Of a stretch of DNA of 32,000 nucleotides, positions 1 through 8,588 are shown piece by piece. Each line of letters opens with the position of its first letter. Positions within the stretch are counted from its first letter, which is position 1. The notes under the pieces were generated by a model. It ran no database searches. It saw only the letters and a program-made list of their open reading frames with translations, and was not told the DNA's origin. Source of the stretch: an uncultured Alphaproteobacteria bacterium (lineage in GTDB: Bacteria; Pseudomonadota; Alphaproteobacteria; Rs-D84); contig OZ007020.1 of NCBI GenBank assembly GCA_963931495.1, positions 330,001 to 362,000 of the forward strand, read 5' to 3'. The translations under genes and the position numbers were made by a program.

Positions 1-1334
1 GGTTGGGCGGTGGATTCAGTTTCTAAAAGGGTATCGGTTACGATTTCGCCGCGCAGTGATGCCTTGTTGGCGGCGGTTATTTTTATGTTCGCCAATTGCG
101 GTGCGTCGGATGCGGGGATGTTTACAATGCACTGCTGCATATATGGTGTACGATAAATTGTATATTTACCGGTTTTATCGGCCCCTTCGGATAAACAGGT
201 TAATTCACGCCCAATGCATGATTCGTTAAAATCGCGCTGGATTTCATTTAATAATTCATCCAGTTTGTACAGGCGTTCTGATTTTGTTTTGTCGGGGATC
301 TGATTCGGCATTGTTGCCGCCGCAGTGTGCGGGCGGGGCGAATATTTGAATGAAAAAGAATTTATGTATTTTATGCGTTTTGCAATTTTCAATGTCTGTT
401 CAAAATCCGAATCGGTTTCGCCGGGAAATCCGACAATAAAGTCACTGGATATCTGAATATCTGGGCGCGCAGCACGTAATTTGTCAACTATATCTATATA
501 TAGATTCAGTGTATACGGGCGATTCATTCTTGTCAATACATCGGGGGAGCCGCTTTGTATAGGCATGTTCAAAAAAGGCAATAATTTCGGTTCCGTGCGA
601 AACATGTCTATTAAATCATCTGTCATTTCGGTTGGATAACTGGATGTAAAACGAATGCGATGTATCGCGTCCAATTTGGCCACTTGGCGAATTAAGTCAG
701 ACAGGCGATATGTTTTGCCGTCTTCGTCCGTGTATTTATATCCATTTACGTTTTGACCCAGAAAACATATCTCGGTCGCGCCGGTGTTTGCGGCGTGAAT
801 TGCATCGTGTACGACATCGTTAAACGGACGCGATATTTCACGACCACGTGTATACGGCACAATACAGTATGTACAGCAATGATTGCAGCCTTCTTGGATG
901 GGGATATATGCCACCGCAGGTGACGTATCCATTTGTGGCATTTCATCAAATTTTTCCAGGCCGCCCAGGTCTATATTAAACAGTCGTGCGTCTGGATTTT
1001 CCAAAATTTCCGGTAATTTATGATAACTTTGTGGACCCAAAACAAAATTTAATTCTGGGACACGACGAAATGCATCCGCGCCCGATTCGCGTGCCACGCA
1101 TCCCACGATACCCATTATGGCATCGGGCTTTTTTTCTGTGCGAATACGCCCCAGGGCACTGAATACTTTGTCCGTTGCCTTGGCGCGCACGGCGCATGTG
1201 TTTAATATAATTATGTCCGCATCGGTGTAATCGTTGGTCTGGGTGTATCCACGGCCACGCAGCATGGATGCGATGCGTTGTCCGTCATAGACATTCATTT
1301 GACAACCGAATGTATGAATGAAAAATTTTTTCAT
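1..1334 (-). CDS. miaB: tRNA-i6A37 methylthiotransferase MiaB (radical SAM); C-terminal end runs off the window
   Basis: Absent from the ORF track because it is open at the window edge. My own translation from the ATG (complement of 1332-1334) gives MKKFFIHTFGCQMNVYDGQRIASML... It contains the radical-SAM CxxxCxxC motif (EGCNHCCTYCIVPYTRGRE) and QSGSPDVLTRMNRPYT. A TRAM-like tail (...SLRGEIVTDTLLETESTAQ) is still open at nt 1. Confidence 0.9.
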   Translation of the reverse strand, partial: MKKFFIHTFGCQMNVYDGQRIASMLRGRGYTQTNDYTDADIIILNTCAVRAKATDKVFSALGRIRTEKKPDAIMGIVGCVARESGADAFRRVPELNFVLGPQSYHKLPEILENPDARLFNIDLGGLEKFDEMPQMDTSPAVAYIPIQEGCNHCCTYCIVPYTRGREISRPFNDVVHDAIHAANTGATEICFLGQNVNGYKYTDEDGKTYRLSDLIRQVAKLDAIHRIRFTSSYPTEMTDDLIDMFRTEPKLLPFLNMPIQSGSPDVLTRMNRPYTLNLYIDIVDKLRAARPDIQISSDFIVGFPGETDSDFEQTLKIAKRIKYINSFSFKYSPRPHTAAATMPNQIPDKTKSERLYKLDELLNEIQRDFNESCIGRELTCLSEGADKTGKYTIYRTPYMQQCIVNIPASDAPQLANIKITAANKASLRGEIVTDTLLETESTAQ

Positions 1335-1336
1335 TT

Positions 1337-1534
1337 TTATTTTTGCTTTTGTTTTTCGGCGCGTATACGTTTTGATTTTATTGCCTGTAAGTGTTTTTGA
1401 TATGCGTCTATTTCTGTGGGGCGCAGCGTTCTGTATGGAACGCGAACTGTGCCGTATTCAACACCGGTTATTGGATCGTCTTTGACGATTGTTACAATGG
1501 AAAAAGTCTGTTCGTCTGACATTTTATCCCCCAT
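1337..1534 (-). CDS. hypothetical small protein (65 aa), basic C-terminal tail
   Basis: The ORF starts 5 nt after the gatB stop and ends 2 nt before the miaB start. An internal ATG at 1522 preceded by GGGGGA could be the true start. No family recognised; coding status rests only on the tight packing and intact frame. Confidence 0.4.
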   Translation of the reverse strand: MGDKMSDEQTFSIVTIVKDDPITGVEYGTVRVPYRTLRPTEIDAYQKHLQAIKSKRIRAEKQKQK

Positions 1535-1539
1535 TATTT

Positions 1540-3063
1540 TTATGATAATTTTTTACGCAGTATTTCATTTACAACGGCCGGATTTGCTTTGCCACCGGTT
1601 GATTTCATAACAGCACCAACAAAGAAGCCGAGCAGCCCTGTCTTGCCAGATTTATATTGTTCAACCTGGGGTGCGTTGTTGGCAATTACGTCATCTATAA
1701 CTGATTCAATTGCGGCGGTGTCCGTAATTTGCTGCATACCGAATTTTTCGGCAATCGCGCGCGGGGTGCCCGTTTCGCCGTCCAGCATTTTGATAAATAT
1801 TTCTTTGGCTTGTTTTCCGTTGATTGCGTTTTCGGCAATCATGTCAACTAATTCAGCCAAATCAGATGGGGTGATAATCCGCGCTGTGCCGCACTCAGAT
1901 GTATCCAGCGCGTTTTTTGTATCCCAATTTTCGGGGTGTGCGAACAATTCAGAAATCATCCAATTTGCAATGGATTTTGCGCGTTTTGGGTTGTTACCAA
2001 CCGCCGCATCAAACCATTTTGATATATCTGTTGTTTCGGTCAGACGCGCGGCATCATATTCAGACAGCCCGAAATCATGCACATAGCGCGCGCGGGTCGC
2101 CGCCGGCAGTTCTGGCATGGTACTGCGTATGCGTTCTATTGTTTCTTGGCTGATTTCCAGTGGCAGCAGGTCTGGGTCAGGAAAGTAACGATAATCCAAC
2201 GCGTCTTCTTTGCTGCGCATAACGGATGTTGTTCCATCAGCCTGGGAATAGCGCATTGTGTCCTGGGACACTGTGCCACCATTTTCGTATATTTCAATTT
2301 GACGGCGCGATTCGTATTCAATGGCTGATTTTATGAATTTGAACGACACCATGTTTTTTGTTTCGGTGCGTGTGCGGAATTCGGTGGAACCAACAGGACG
2401 TACAGACACGTTAACGTCGGCACGCATGGATCCTTCTTCCATATTTGCCTTGGACACGCCCAATGCACGGGCGATTTCACGAATTTCACGCAGATAACGT
2501 TCGGCTTCGTCCGGGGATGATATATATGAATTATTTTCCGGGTTCTTTGTATCCAAGAATGTCACAATTTCCAACAGTGCAACACCAGTGCGATTGTAAT
2601 CTGCAAAAGATTTTGTCGGATGTACGTCGTGTTTCAGTTTCCCGGCGTCTTGTTCCAGGTGTGCGCGTTCAATTAAAATCTTTTTCGGATTGCCATCGTC
2701 GCCCATAATTTCAACCCAGCCGCGACCAACAATTGGTGGAACTTCGGGTGGTTGGGATATCTGATATCCCTGGGGCAGGTCAGGGTAAAAATATTGTTTA
2801 CGGGCAAATATACTGCGGCGCGATATTTCGGCATTCAGCCCCAGTCCCATTTTTATCGCCTGTTCAACGCAGTATTCATTTAATACCGGCAACATGCCCG
2901 GCATGGCGACATCAACCATTGAAACCTGGGTATTGGGGGAATTTGACGGGTTATAGTCCGCAGATGCACCACTGAACAGTTTGCTGTGGGACAGTACTTC
3001 TATGTGTGTTTCCAGTCCGATAACCAATTCCCAATCTGTTGTTTTGCCCTTTATCGTAAACAT
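1540..3063 (-). CDS. gatB: Asp/Glu-tRNA amidotransferase subunit B
   Basis: The translation is GatB-like throughout (WELVIGLETHIEV, PGMLPVLN, QYFYPDLPQGYQISQ, C-terminal GKANPAVVNEILRKKL). I moved the start from 3141 to the ATG at 3063 (MFTIKGKTTDWELVIGLE). That ATG has an AAGGAAA Shine-Dalgarno, and the longer ORF would run through the tRNA gene. Confidence 0.95.
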   Translation of the reverse strand: MFTIKGKTTDWELVIGLETHIEVLSHSKLFSGASADYNPSNSPNTQVSMVDVAMPGMLPVLNEYCVEQAIKMGLGLNAEISRRSIFARKQYFYPDLPQGYQISQPPEVPPIVGRGWVEIMGDDGNPKKILIERAHLEQDAGKLKHDVHPTKSFADYNRTGVALLEIVTFLDTKNPENNSYISSPDEAERYLREIREIARALGVSKANMEEGSMRADVNVSVRPVGSTEFRTRTETKNMVSFKFIKSAIEYESRRQIEIYENGGTVSQDTMRYSQADGTTSVMRSKEDALDYRYFPDPDLLPLEISQETIERIRSTMPELPAATRARYVHDFGLSEYDAARLTETTDISKWFDAAVGNNPKRAKSIANWMISELFAHPENWDTKNALDTSECGTARIITPSDLAELVDMIAENAINGKQAKEIFIKMLDGETGTPRAIAEKFGMQQITDTAAIESVIDDVIANNAPQVEQYKSGKTGLLGFFVGAVMKSTGGKANPAVVNEILRKKLS

Positions 3064-3075
3064 TTTTATTTTTCC

Positions 3076-3104
3076 TTGCTTTTTGTGTTTTGGTATCTTA
3101 TTAT
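3076..3104 (+). promoter_or_regulatory. candidate sigma70-type promoter for tRNA-Phe
   Basis: TTGCTT (3076-3081), 17-nt spacer, TATTAT (3099-3104). This places a start about 3-4 nt upstream of the mature tRNA 5' end at 3115. The -35 overlaps the gatB SD on the other strand. Confidence 0.35.
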
Positions 3105-3114
3105 TGCTTTCGCT

Positions 3115-3190
3115 GGCCAGATAGCTCAGTTGGTAGAGCAAGGGACTGAAAATCCCTGTGTCAGTGGTTCGATTCCACTTCTGGCCACCA
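3115..3190 (+). tRNA. tRNA-Phe (anticodon GAA), 76 nt, CCA encoded
   Basis: Cloverleaf folded by hand. Acceptor GGCCAGA/TCTGGCC; D arm GCTC-AGTTGGTA-GAGC; anticodon arm AGGGA-CTGAAAA-TCCCT; variable loop GTGTC; T arm AGTGG-TTCGATT-CCACT; discriminator A; CCA. Confidence 0.92.
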
Positions 3191-3194
3191 TTTT

Positions 3195-4661
3195 TTATTT
3201 CCCCATTATTTTTGTTGGACGATTATCAATGCCGGCGCACTGTTCTATGTGCTTGGCCAATTGCATGACGCGCATGTCGTCAAATTTACGCCCGATTGTT
3301 TGCGTCCCCAGTGGTAACCCATTATCCGCAATTCCAGCCGGTACACTGCATGCCGGAATGCCAGCCAGGTTCATTGCAACGGTAAATAAATCCAGTGCAT
3401 AATATTCCAGGGGCGATAAATCTGAATCTAATGGTAATGCCGTACCGGCACCAGATGGACACACAATTAAATCGCATTGTTCAAATGCGCGGTCAAATGC
3501 GTCGGCAATCAATCGGCGAACGCGGGCGGCCTGCATAAAATAGACTTCGTACGATTCGCTGGACAAAACGGCCGTGCCGATAATGATACGGCGTTGGACT
3601 TCGGTTCCAAATCCGGCGGCACGTGTTTTTTTGTATGTGTCAATCAAGTCGTCGCCATCAACACGCAGACCATAACGCATGCCATCATAACGTGCCAGAT
3701 TGGATGAAGCCTCGGCCGGGGCAATGATATAATATGCCGCCAACGCGTCCAGAATATTCGGGATGGATACTTCAATAATTTCTGCGCCCAATGATTTCAG
3801 GTCTGCAATTCGCGCATCAAATATGCGTTTCATATCGGGCGAAATTTCAACATTTGAAAATTCTTTTATCACGCCGATACGTAATTTTTTACCGTCACCC
3901 AAAATTGGTTCAAGCGGTGTATGTGCATGAAATCCGGCATCCGCGCTGGTTGAATCCTTTGGGTCATGACCCGCCATTGCGCTTAATAACAATGCCGCAT
4001 CATCCACCGTGCGTGCAATTGGGCCCGGGGTGTCCAGGCTGGACGCAAATGCAACACAACCCCAACGGCTGCACAGGCCATATGTTGGTTTCATTCCAAC
4101 CAATCCAGTAATTGATGCCGGAAATCTGATTGAACCGCCCGTGTCTGTACCCGTGCCACCCATGGCCAGGCCAGATGCAACCGCACTGGTTGTGCCGCCG
4201 GATGAACCGCCGGCCGTTAATTTGCGTTCCAATTGCCACGGGTTAATCGGTGCGCCAAAGTAACTGGTTTTGCTGAATGTCCCCATGGCGAATTCGTCCA
4301 GGTTGGTTTTGCCCAATAATACTGTGCCGGCGTCTATGAATTTTTGCGAGACTGTTGATTCATATTGCGGGATAAAGTTTTCCAGCATGTGTGATGCCGC
4401 GGTTGTGCGAATGTCGCGGGTTGCAAATAAATCCTTCATCCCGATTGGAATGCCGTCCAAGGGCAGGGGATTTCCCGCCGCATATCGTGCGTCAGACGCA
4501 GCCGCATCCGATAACGCGCGTTCAGGTGTGGTTGTGATATAGCAATTTAATTCCGCACCATATTTTTCAATGCGTTCTAGATGTGCGCGCGTCAGTTCTG
4601 TCGCGCTGATTTCGCGTGAGTTTAATTTTTTTAATGCTTCTGTTATTGTTAAATCAATCAT
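3195..4661 (-). CDS. gatA: Asp/Glu-tRNA amidotransferase subunit A (amidase signature family)
   Basis: 488 aa with the amidase signature GGSSGGTTSAVASGLAMGGTGTDTGGSIRFPAS and a typical GatA N-terminus (LTITEALKKL...ISATELT). ATG at 4661. Confidence 0.95.
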   Translation of the reverse strand: MIDLTITEALKKLNSREISATELTRAHLERIEKYGAELNCYITTTPERALSDAAASDARYAAGNPLPLDGIPIGMKDLFATRDIRTTAASHMLENFIPQYESTVSQKFIDAGTVLLGKTNLDEFAMGTFSKTSYFGAPINPWQLERKLTAGGSSGGTTSAVASGLAMGGTGTDTGGSIRFPASITGLVGMKPTYGLCSRWGCVAFASSLDTPGPIARTVDDAALLLSAMAGHDPKDSTSADAGFHAHTPLEPILGDGKKLRIGVIKEFSNVEISPDMKRIFDARIADLKSLGAEIIEVSIPNILDALAAYYIIAPAEASSNLARYDGMRYGLRVDGDDLIDTYKKTRAAGFGTEVQRRIIIGTAVLSSESYEVYFMQAARVRRLIADAFDRAFEQCDLIVCPSGAGTALPLDSDLSPLEYYALDLFTVAMNLAGIPACSVPAGIADNGLPLGTQTIGRKFDDMRVMQLAKHIEQCAGIDNRPTKIMGK

Positions 4662-4677
4662 CGTGATTCTGCTTTTG

Positions 4678-5298
4678 TTAACGTGTTTTGATTTGTTGTA
4701 ATTTATGTTCGCTTATGGCGCGTTTTATTATCCCGGGGCGGAACATAGATAATATCCTTGCATATTCGTTAAACAATTTTTGATCCACAGGTGTCGGAAA
4801 ATTAATTGCATTAAGTGTCATATTATATAAATTGTAATCTAGTAAAAGTACACCGTATTCTTGTTCCAAAATTTCATGCAAGTCGGCAGATTTATTCCGC
4901 ATGAATTTGTCATGGTATGAATTATGCATCTGTTCGCGAATAAATTTGCCATTACGCCCCAGTTTTGCCGTTTTGCTTAAAACAGTGCCTTCGTGCAGTG
5001 GCCTGTTTGGGCGGGCGATATGGTAGTCAATCAGCATAATTGCCGCCTTGCGCGCAGCGTTGCGTTTAACATGGCGCATAAAACGAAAATACAATTGGCT
5101 AATTTCAAATTCGTATTCCCAATTACCATTTGCCACCGGGTCAGAATTTGTGTGTTTTGAATGAACAAAATTCTGTACACATTTACCATATTTTTGATTT
5201 ACAGCGGCGACAGATGCATCGTACTGTGTGCGCAATGCCGCCATAGACTTATCTATTTCATTTATTTGTTTTATGGCACGTTGGCTAAGCTTTTGCAT
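4678..5298 (-). CDS. hypothetical protein (206 aa), no family recognised
   Basis: Long intact ORF packed 16 nt upstream of gatA and 16 nt downstream of the previous ORF. The track start at 5346 is a TTG with no SD and overlaps the upstream ORF, so I use the first ATG at 5298 (MQKLSQRAIKQINEIDK...). The N-terminus looks coiled-coil. Confidence 0.6.
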   Translation of the reverse strand: MQKLSQRAIKQINEIDKSMAALRTQYDASVAAVNQKYGKCVQNFVHSKHTNSDPVANGNWEYEFEISQLYFRFMRHVKRNAARKAAIMLIDYHIARPNRPLHEGTVLSKTAKLGRNGKFIREQMHNSYHDKFMRNKSADLHEILEQEYGVLLLDYNLYNMTLNAINFPTPVDQKLFNEYARILSMFRPGIIKRAISEHKLQQIKTR

Positions 5299-5314
5299 AC
5301 TGATACCTGTGGGG

Positions 5315-5710
5315 TTATTTTGTTTTTTCTTTATACTTATTTGCAAAGAATTTCATGCCGATATTTTTTATAACAAATTCATCATGGCATTTGCCTGATT
5401 TTATGTTTTCCAGGCAACTGTAACGGTCACACTTGCTGTCCATGCCAAGATTATAGTGCACCTGCATAAAAGAATTTACTTTTCTGTCCTGGTATGTGCA
5501 GTTTCGCGTTATTTCCACGGCGTTATCAAAAGATTGATGTGCCACCGCACGCAAATTACTGATACAACAATCATCGGGTATGTTGGTATGCGCACTGAAA
5601 GATTTTATGTATTTTACGGCGCAATCGTGTGGTATTGCGCCACATGTTACAGCCTTGGCATTGCCGGCGTATAAATCATGAACAAGTAAAATAGTCGTTT
5701 TTTGCGTCAT
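5315..5710 (-). CDS. hypothetical Cys/His-rich protein (131 aa), no family recognised
   Basis: ATG at 5710 with an AAGGAAA SD, 17 nt after the gatC stop. It has 8 Cys, including CGAIPHDC and CDRYSCLENIKSGKCH, a possible metal site. Confidence 0.6.
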   Translation of the reverse strand: MTQKTTILLVHDLYAGNAKAVTCGAIPHDCAVKYIKSFSAHTNIPDDCCISNLRAVAHQSFDNAVEITRNCTYQDRKVNSFMQVHYNLGMDSKCDRYSCLENIKSGKCHDEFVIKNIGMKFFANKYKEKTK

Positions 5711-5727
5711 AATTATTTTCCTTTTGA

Positions 5728-6021
5728 TTATTCGTCCATTACCTTGGGCACAGCAAAATAACCGCGTGACACACCAGATGTATCAGGGTCGTTTGCCAGA
5801 ACGGCATCACGAATATTGCCATCTGTGACCGTGTCAGCGCGCAGTGGTAACTTATGTTCAGACGGGTTTAACAGTGGTTCAACACCATTAGTATCAATTT
5901 TTTGCAGTTTGTCCAGCCATTCAACAACAGAATCAATATTCATCTGTTCCAGTTTTTCATCAGAAATATCAATTCGTATTAAATCAGCGAATTTTTTTAA
6001 TTGTTGCTTGCTAAATGCCAT
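5728..6021 (-). CDS. gatC: Asp/Glu-tRNA amidotransferase subunit C
   Basis: 97 aa. The sequence MAFSKQQLKKFADLIRIDISDEKLEQM...VEPLLNP...LRADTV is typical of GatC in length and motif pattern. Confidence 0.9.
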   Translation of the reverse strand: MAFSKQQLKKFADLIRIDISDEKLEQMNIDSVVEWLDKLQKIDTNGVEPLLNPSEHKLPLRADTVTDGNIRDAVLANDPDTSGVSRGYFAVPKVMDE

Positions 6022-6062
6022 GTCGTATCCTATTCTTAAACAATATCAAGGGAAATTATACA

Positions 6063-6518
6063 ATGATTTTGCCGAATTTCAACGATTTTCCGCGCAGTGG
6101 GCGCATTATGGGCATAGATTGGGGTGCGCGGCGCACCGGCGTTTCCGTATCTGATGCGACGCGTGATTTTGTCTTTACGCGGCCCCCGATTTTGTCGGGG
6201 CGGGGCGGGGTGTCTGTGGCACGTCAGGTTGCCGATTTGGCGCATGATGAATGTGTTGTTGGAATTGTCTTTGGATTGCCGGTGCATGCCGATGGCACAC
6301 CGTCAGATACAACAGATGCAGTGCGTGCGTGTGTGGCGGAATTGTGCACATACACGGATTTACCGGTTGCGTTTATTGATGAAACACTGACATCACGTGC
6401 CGCCCAAGATGACATGGGGCGGGTGCGCGTATCAGATATTAAACGTGATTTGGATTCACAGTCTGCACGGATTATTTTGGAAAATGCAATTGCCATTATA
6501 CGGCGATTAAAATCGTAA
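6063..6518 (+). CDS. ruvX: YqgF/RuvX family pre-16S rRNA nuclease (putative Holliday junction resolvase)
   Basis: MGIDWGARRTGVSVSD near the N-terminus and GLPVHADGTPSD in the middle are the YqgF hallmarks. I chose the start at ATG 6063 (AAGGGAAA SD); ATG 6108 is an alternative. Confidence 0.85.
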   Translation: MILPNFNDFPRSGRIMGIDWGARRTGVSVSDATRDFVFTRPPILSGRGGVSVARQVADLAHDECVVGIVFGLPVHADGTPSDTTDAVRACVAELCTYTDLPVAFIDETLTSRAAQDDMGRVRVSDIKRDLDSQSARIILENAIAIIRRLKS

Positions 6519-6526
6519 AAAATACC

Positions 6527-6554
6527 AAAAACGGTGCATACAGCACCGTTTTTT
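6527..6554. terminator. bidirectional rho-independent terminator between ruvX and the AI-2E transporter gene
   Basis: AAAA-ACGGTGC-ataca-GCACCGT-TTTTT. The A run and T run flank a 7-bp GC-rich stem between convergent genes. Confidence 0.6.
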
Positions 6555-7599
6555 ATTCTTCACTTTTATCAGGAATATTCCCGTCGGCAGACAGCAATAT
6601 TGCAATCCAGCGTGTGGAATCAAATTGTGCCGTAATAATAAATATTGCCACCAGTAATGGAACACTGAAAAACATTCCGGCAATCCCCCAAATTGTGCCC
6701 CAGAATACCAGGTTGATTAATATCGCCAATGTGGACAGATTTAATGTCTTGCCGGTGAATTTTGGTTCCAAAATATTGCCGAATATCACTTGTAATGCAA
6801 TCAAACCAACCGCGGTCAGTAATGGTTGTTGTAATGACGGGGCGGTTACCAATGAATATAATATCGGTAATGCGCATGCCACAATTGCGCCGATTGTTGG
6901 AATATAACTGGTTACGAATACTATGAATGCCCATATGCCGGCAAATTCAACCCCAATCATTTGCAACCAGAAATACGACAGCACACCCGTGATACCAGAC
7001 AGCACAGTTTTCATAAACAAATATTTTTTCATGTTGTCATCAATACTGTCTACGATAAAGCGTGCTTTTTTGTATTCTTTTTTATTTGGAATTAATGCGG
7101 AAAATTTTTTGTTAAATGTGCTTTGTTCAATGAACATAAACAGCATATAGACGATAATCATTCCAGTTGATGTTACAATGCCTGCGACAGATGAACCGAT
7201 GTTGGTGGCAATATTTGCGATGTTGGGTAACATGCTGGCATCAAATGTTATGCCCAGTGAATTTGACAGATAATTGCCGAATTTAACAAATTGTTCTTGC
7301 AGTCCAGGCAACGCCGCAACCAGTTCTTTGTACATAGGCTGAATCTGGGTGGCAAGAAAATATATTAACCCACACATTGCCAATACGGCCAATATGTTAG
7401 ATGTCCAATCGTACACACGTGCCGCAATCGGACGTGATATACGTGAATTTTCATCGTTTAATGGAAAAATTTTTCGTACGTATGTCGCAATTGCGTTTAT
7501 CAAATACCATAAAAATGTCGCCACCAACAGCGGTATAAATATTGACCGTCCCAACCATAAAATTAGCACCAGACCAATAATCCAAATCAAATTATTCAT
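6553..7599 (-). CDS. AI-2E (PerM/YhhT) family transporter
   Basis: 348-aa polytopic membrane protein. The C-terminal half (GIWAFIVFVTSYIPTIGAIV...FGNILEPKFTGKTLNLSTLAILINLVFWGTIWGIAGMFFSVPLL) matches the AI-2E family pattern. Confidence 0.8.
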   Translation of the reverse strand: MNNLIWIIGLVLILWLGRSIFIPLLVATFLWYLINAIATYVRKIFPLNDENSRISRPIAARVYDWTSNILAVLAMCGLIYFLATQIQPMYKELVAALPGLQEQFVKFGNYLSNSLGITFDASMLPNIANIATNIGSSVAGIVTSTGMIIVYMLFMFIEQSTFNKKFSALIPNKKEYKKARFIVDSIDDNMKKYLFMKTVLSGITGVLSYFWLQMIGVEFAGIWAFIVFVTSYIPTIGAIVACALPILYSLVTAPSLQQPLLTAVGLIALQVIFGNILEPKFTGKTLNLSTLAILINLVFWGTIWGIAGMFFSVPLLVAIFIITAQFDSTRWIAILLSADGNIPDKSEE

Positions 7600-7646
7600 A
7601 TATCAACACCCTTGGTTTATGTCGAAAACGTGCATCCAGCGCGTTT

Positions 7647-8564
7647 TTAGTTCACAGTCCCAGTTACAGGAACAGTGTCTGTTATGTTCATGGTTATATC
7701 GTTGTTTCCGTATGTCGTATTGATGATTATTATGCACAGTGCAACCAATAATATTATGTTCATAATGATTGCAAACCACGCATATTTTCCCCCAATGTGT
7801 TTGGTAAAATTCTTTTGTCCTGATACACGTATCCATATTGCGGATATTACCGCCATTGTTAATGTTAATGCGATGGCGTTCAATCCAAAAAACAGCCCAG
7901 ACAGTAAAATCACAACAATCAACGACGTAATTGTTTTGATGCGTCCAGATACAATCCATTCAGTTAATTTTGTGTACCATGACGATTTTATGTGCACCTT
8001 GCGCGATGGTGATTTTTCATTATCGGGTAATAAATATCCGGGAACCCATACCAATGAAAAGCACATTGGCATGGTACATATGATTTGCCACGACTTTAAT
8101 CCCATTGCACGCCCGCGGCGGAATTTGGCATATACATTTGATAAGAACAGTCCGCACAAATACAGATAAAATATCGCAACGACCGACATTATGGCGACGA
8201 ATGATGCGCTGGCGTGTGTTTCTATCAGCATTAATTTGAACATAATTTCATTTGCGTGTGTCACAATCAGGGCGGTTGATATGGCAAATGCAACCGACAC
8301 AATCACGTTTTGTGCATTGTTCAGGGCAATAAAACTGAATCTGTCCAGGCCATCACGTGGCATTGCACGAAACATCAAAAACGCTGAAATGATAAATACG
8401 ACAATCAATGAAGTATTAAAAATGCTGTTGGATATAGGCATGCTTTGTGATATATACCCCAATACAGCCCCAACCAAAACAAATAATAAAAAAGAGCATA
8501 ATGCAAATTTTAATGGGTTCCATAAAATCCATGATATCATTGATTGTGAACGTTGCTTTGACAT
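7647..8564 (-). CDS. hypothetical polytopic membrane protein (305 aa)
   Basis: ATG at 8564 with an AAAGGA SD, 24 nt after the sufC stop. It has roughly 7-8 hydrophobic segments and is AT-rich. No family recognised. Confidence 0.6.
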   Translation of the reverse strand: MSKQRSQSMISWILWNPLKFALCSFLLFVLVGAVLGYISQSMPISNSIFNTSLIVVFIISAFLMFRAMPRDGLDRFSFIALNNAQNVIVSVAFAISTALIVTHANEIMFKLMLIETHASASFVAIMSVVAIFYLYLCGLFLSNVYAKFRRGRAMGLKSWQIICTMPMCFSLVWVPGYLLPDNEKSPSRKVHIKSSWYTKLTEWIVSGRIKTITSLIVVILLSGLFFGLNAIALTLTMAVISAIWIRVSGQKNFTKHIGGKYAWFAIIMNIILLVALCIIIINTTYGNNDITMNITDTVPVTGTVN

Positions 8565-8588
8565 GTTTACATCCTTTGATTTTTATCA

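Noticed and set aside
3064-3141. The ORF track extends gatB 26 codons upstream (MLYQLSYLASESNNKIPKHKKQGKIK...), overlapping the tRNA-Phe gene on the opposite strand.
   Set aside because: The extension is simply the reverse complement of the tRNA and its leader. The conserved GatB N-terminus begins at the ATG at 3063, which has a good SD.
5299-5346. The track starts at 5346 (206-aa ORF) and at 11204 (181-aa ORF) would give longer proteins, and the first would overlap the upstream gene by 32 nt.
   Set aside because: Both are TTG codons without a Shine-Dalgarno. The downstream ATGs at 5298 and 11186 remove the overlap, and 11186 has a perfect AGGAG.
3115-5710. tRNA-Phe as an integration hotspot, with the two unknown genes between gatC and gatA as a small genomic island.
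   Set aside because: There is no integrase and no direct repeat of the tRNA 3' end at the insert boundaries (4662-4677, 5711-5727). gatA lies between the tRNA and the insert.
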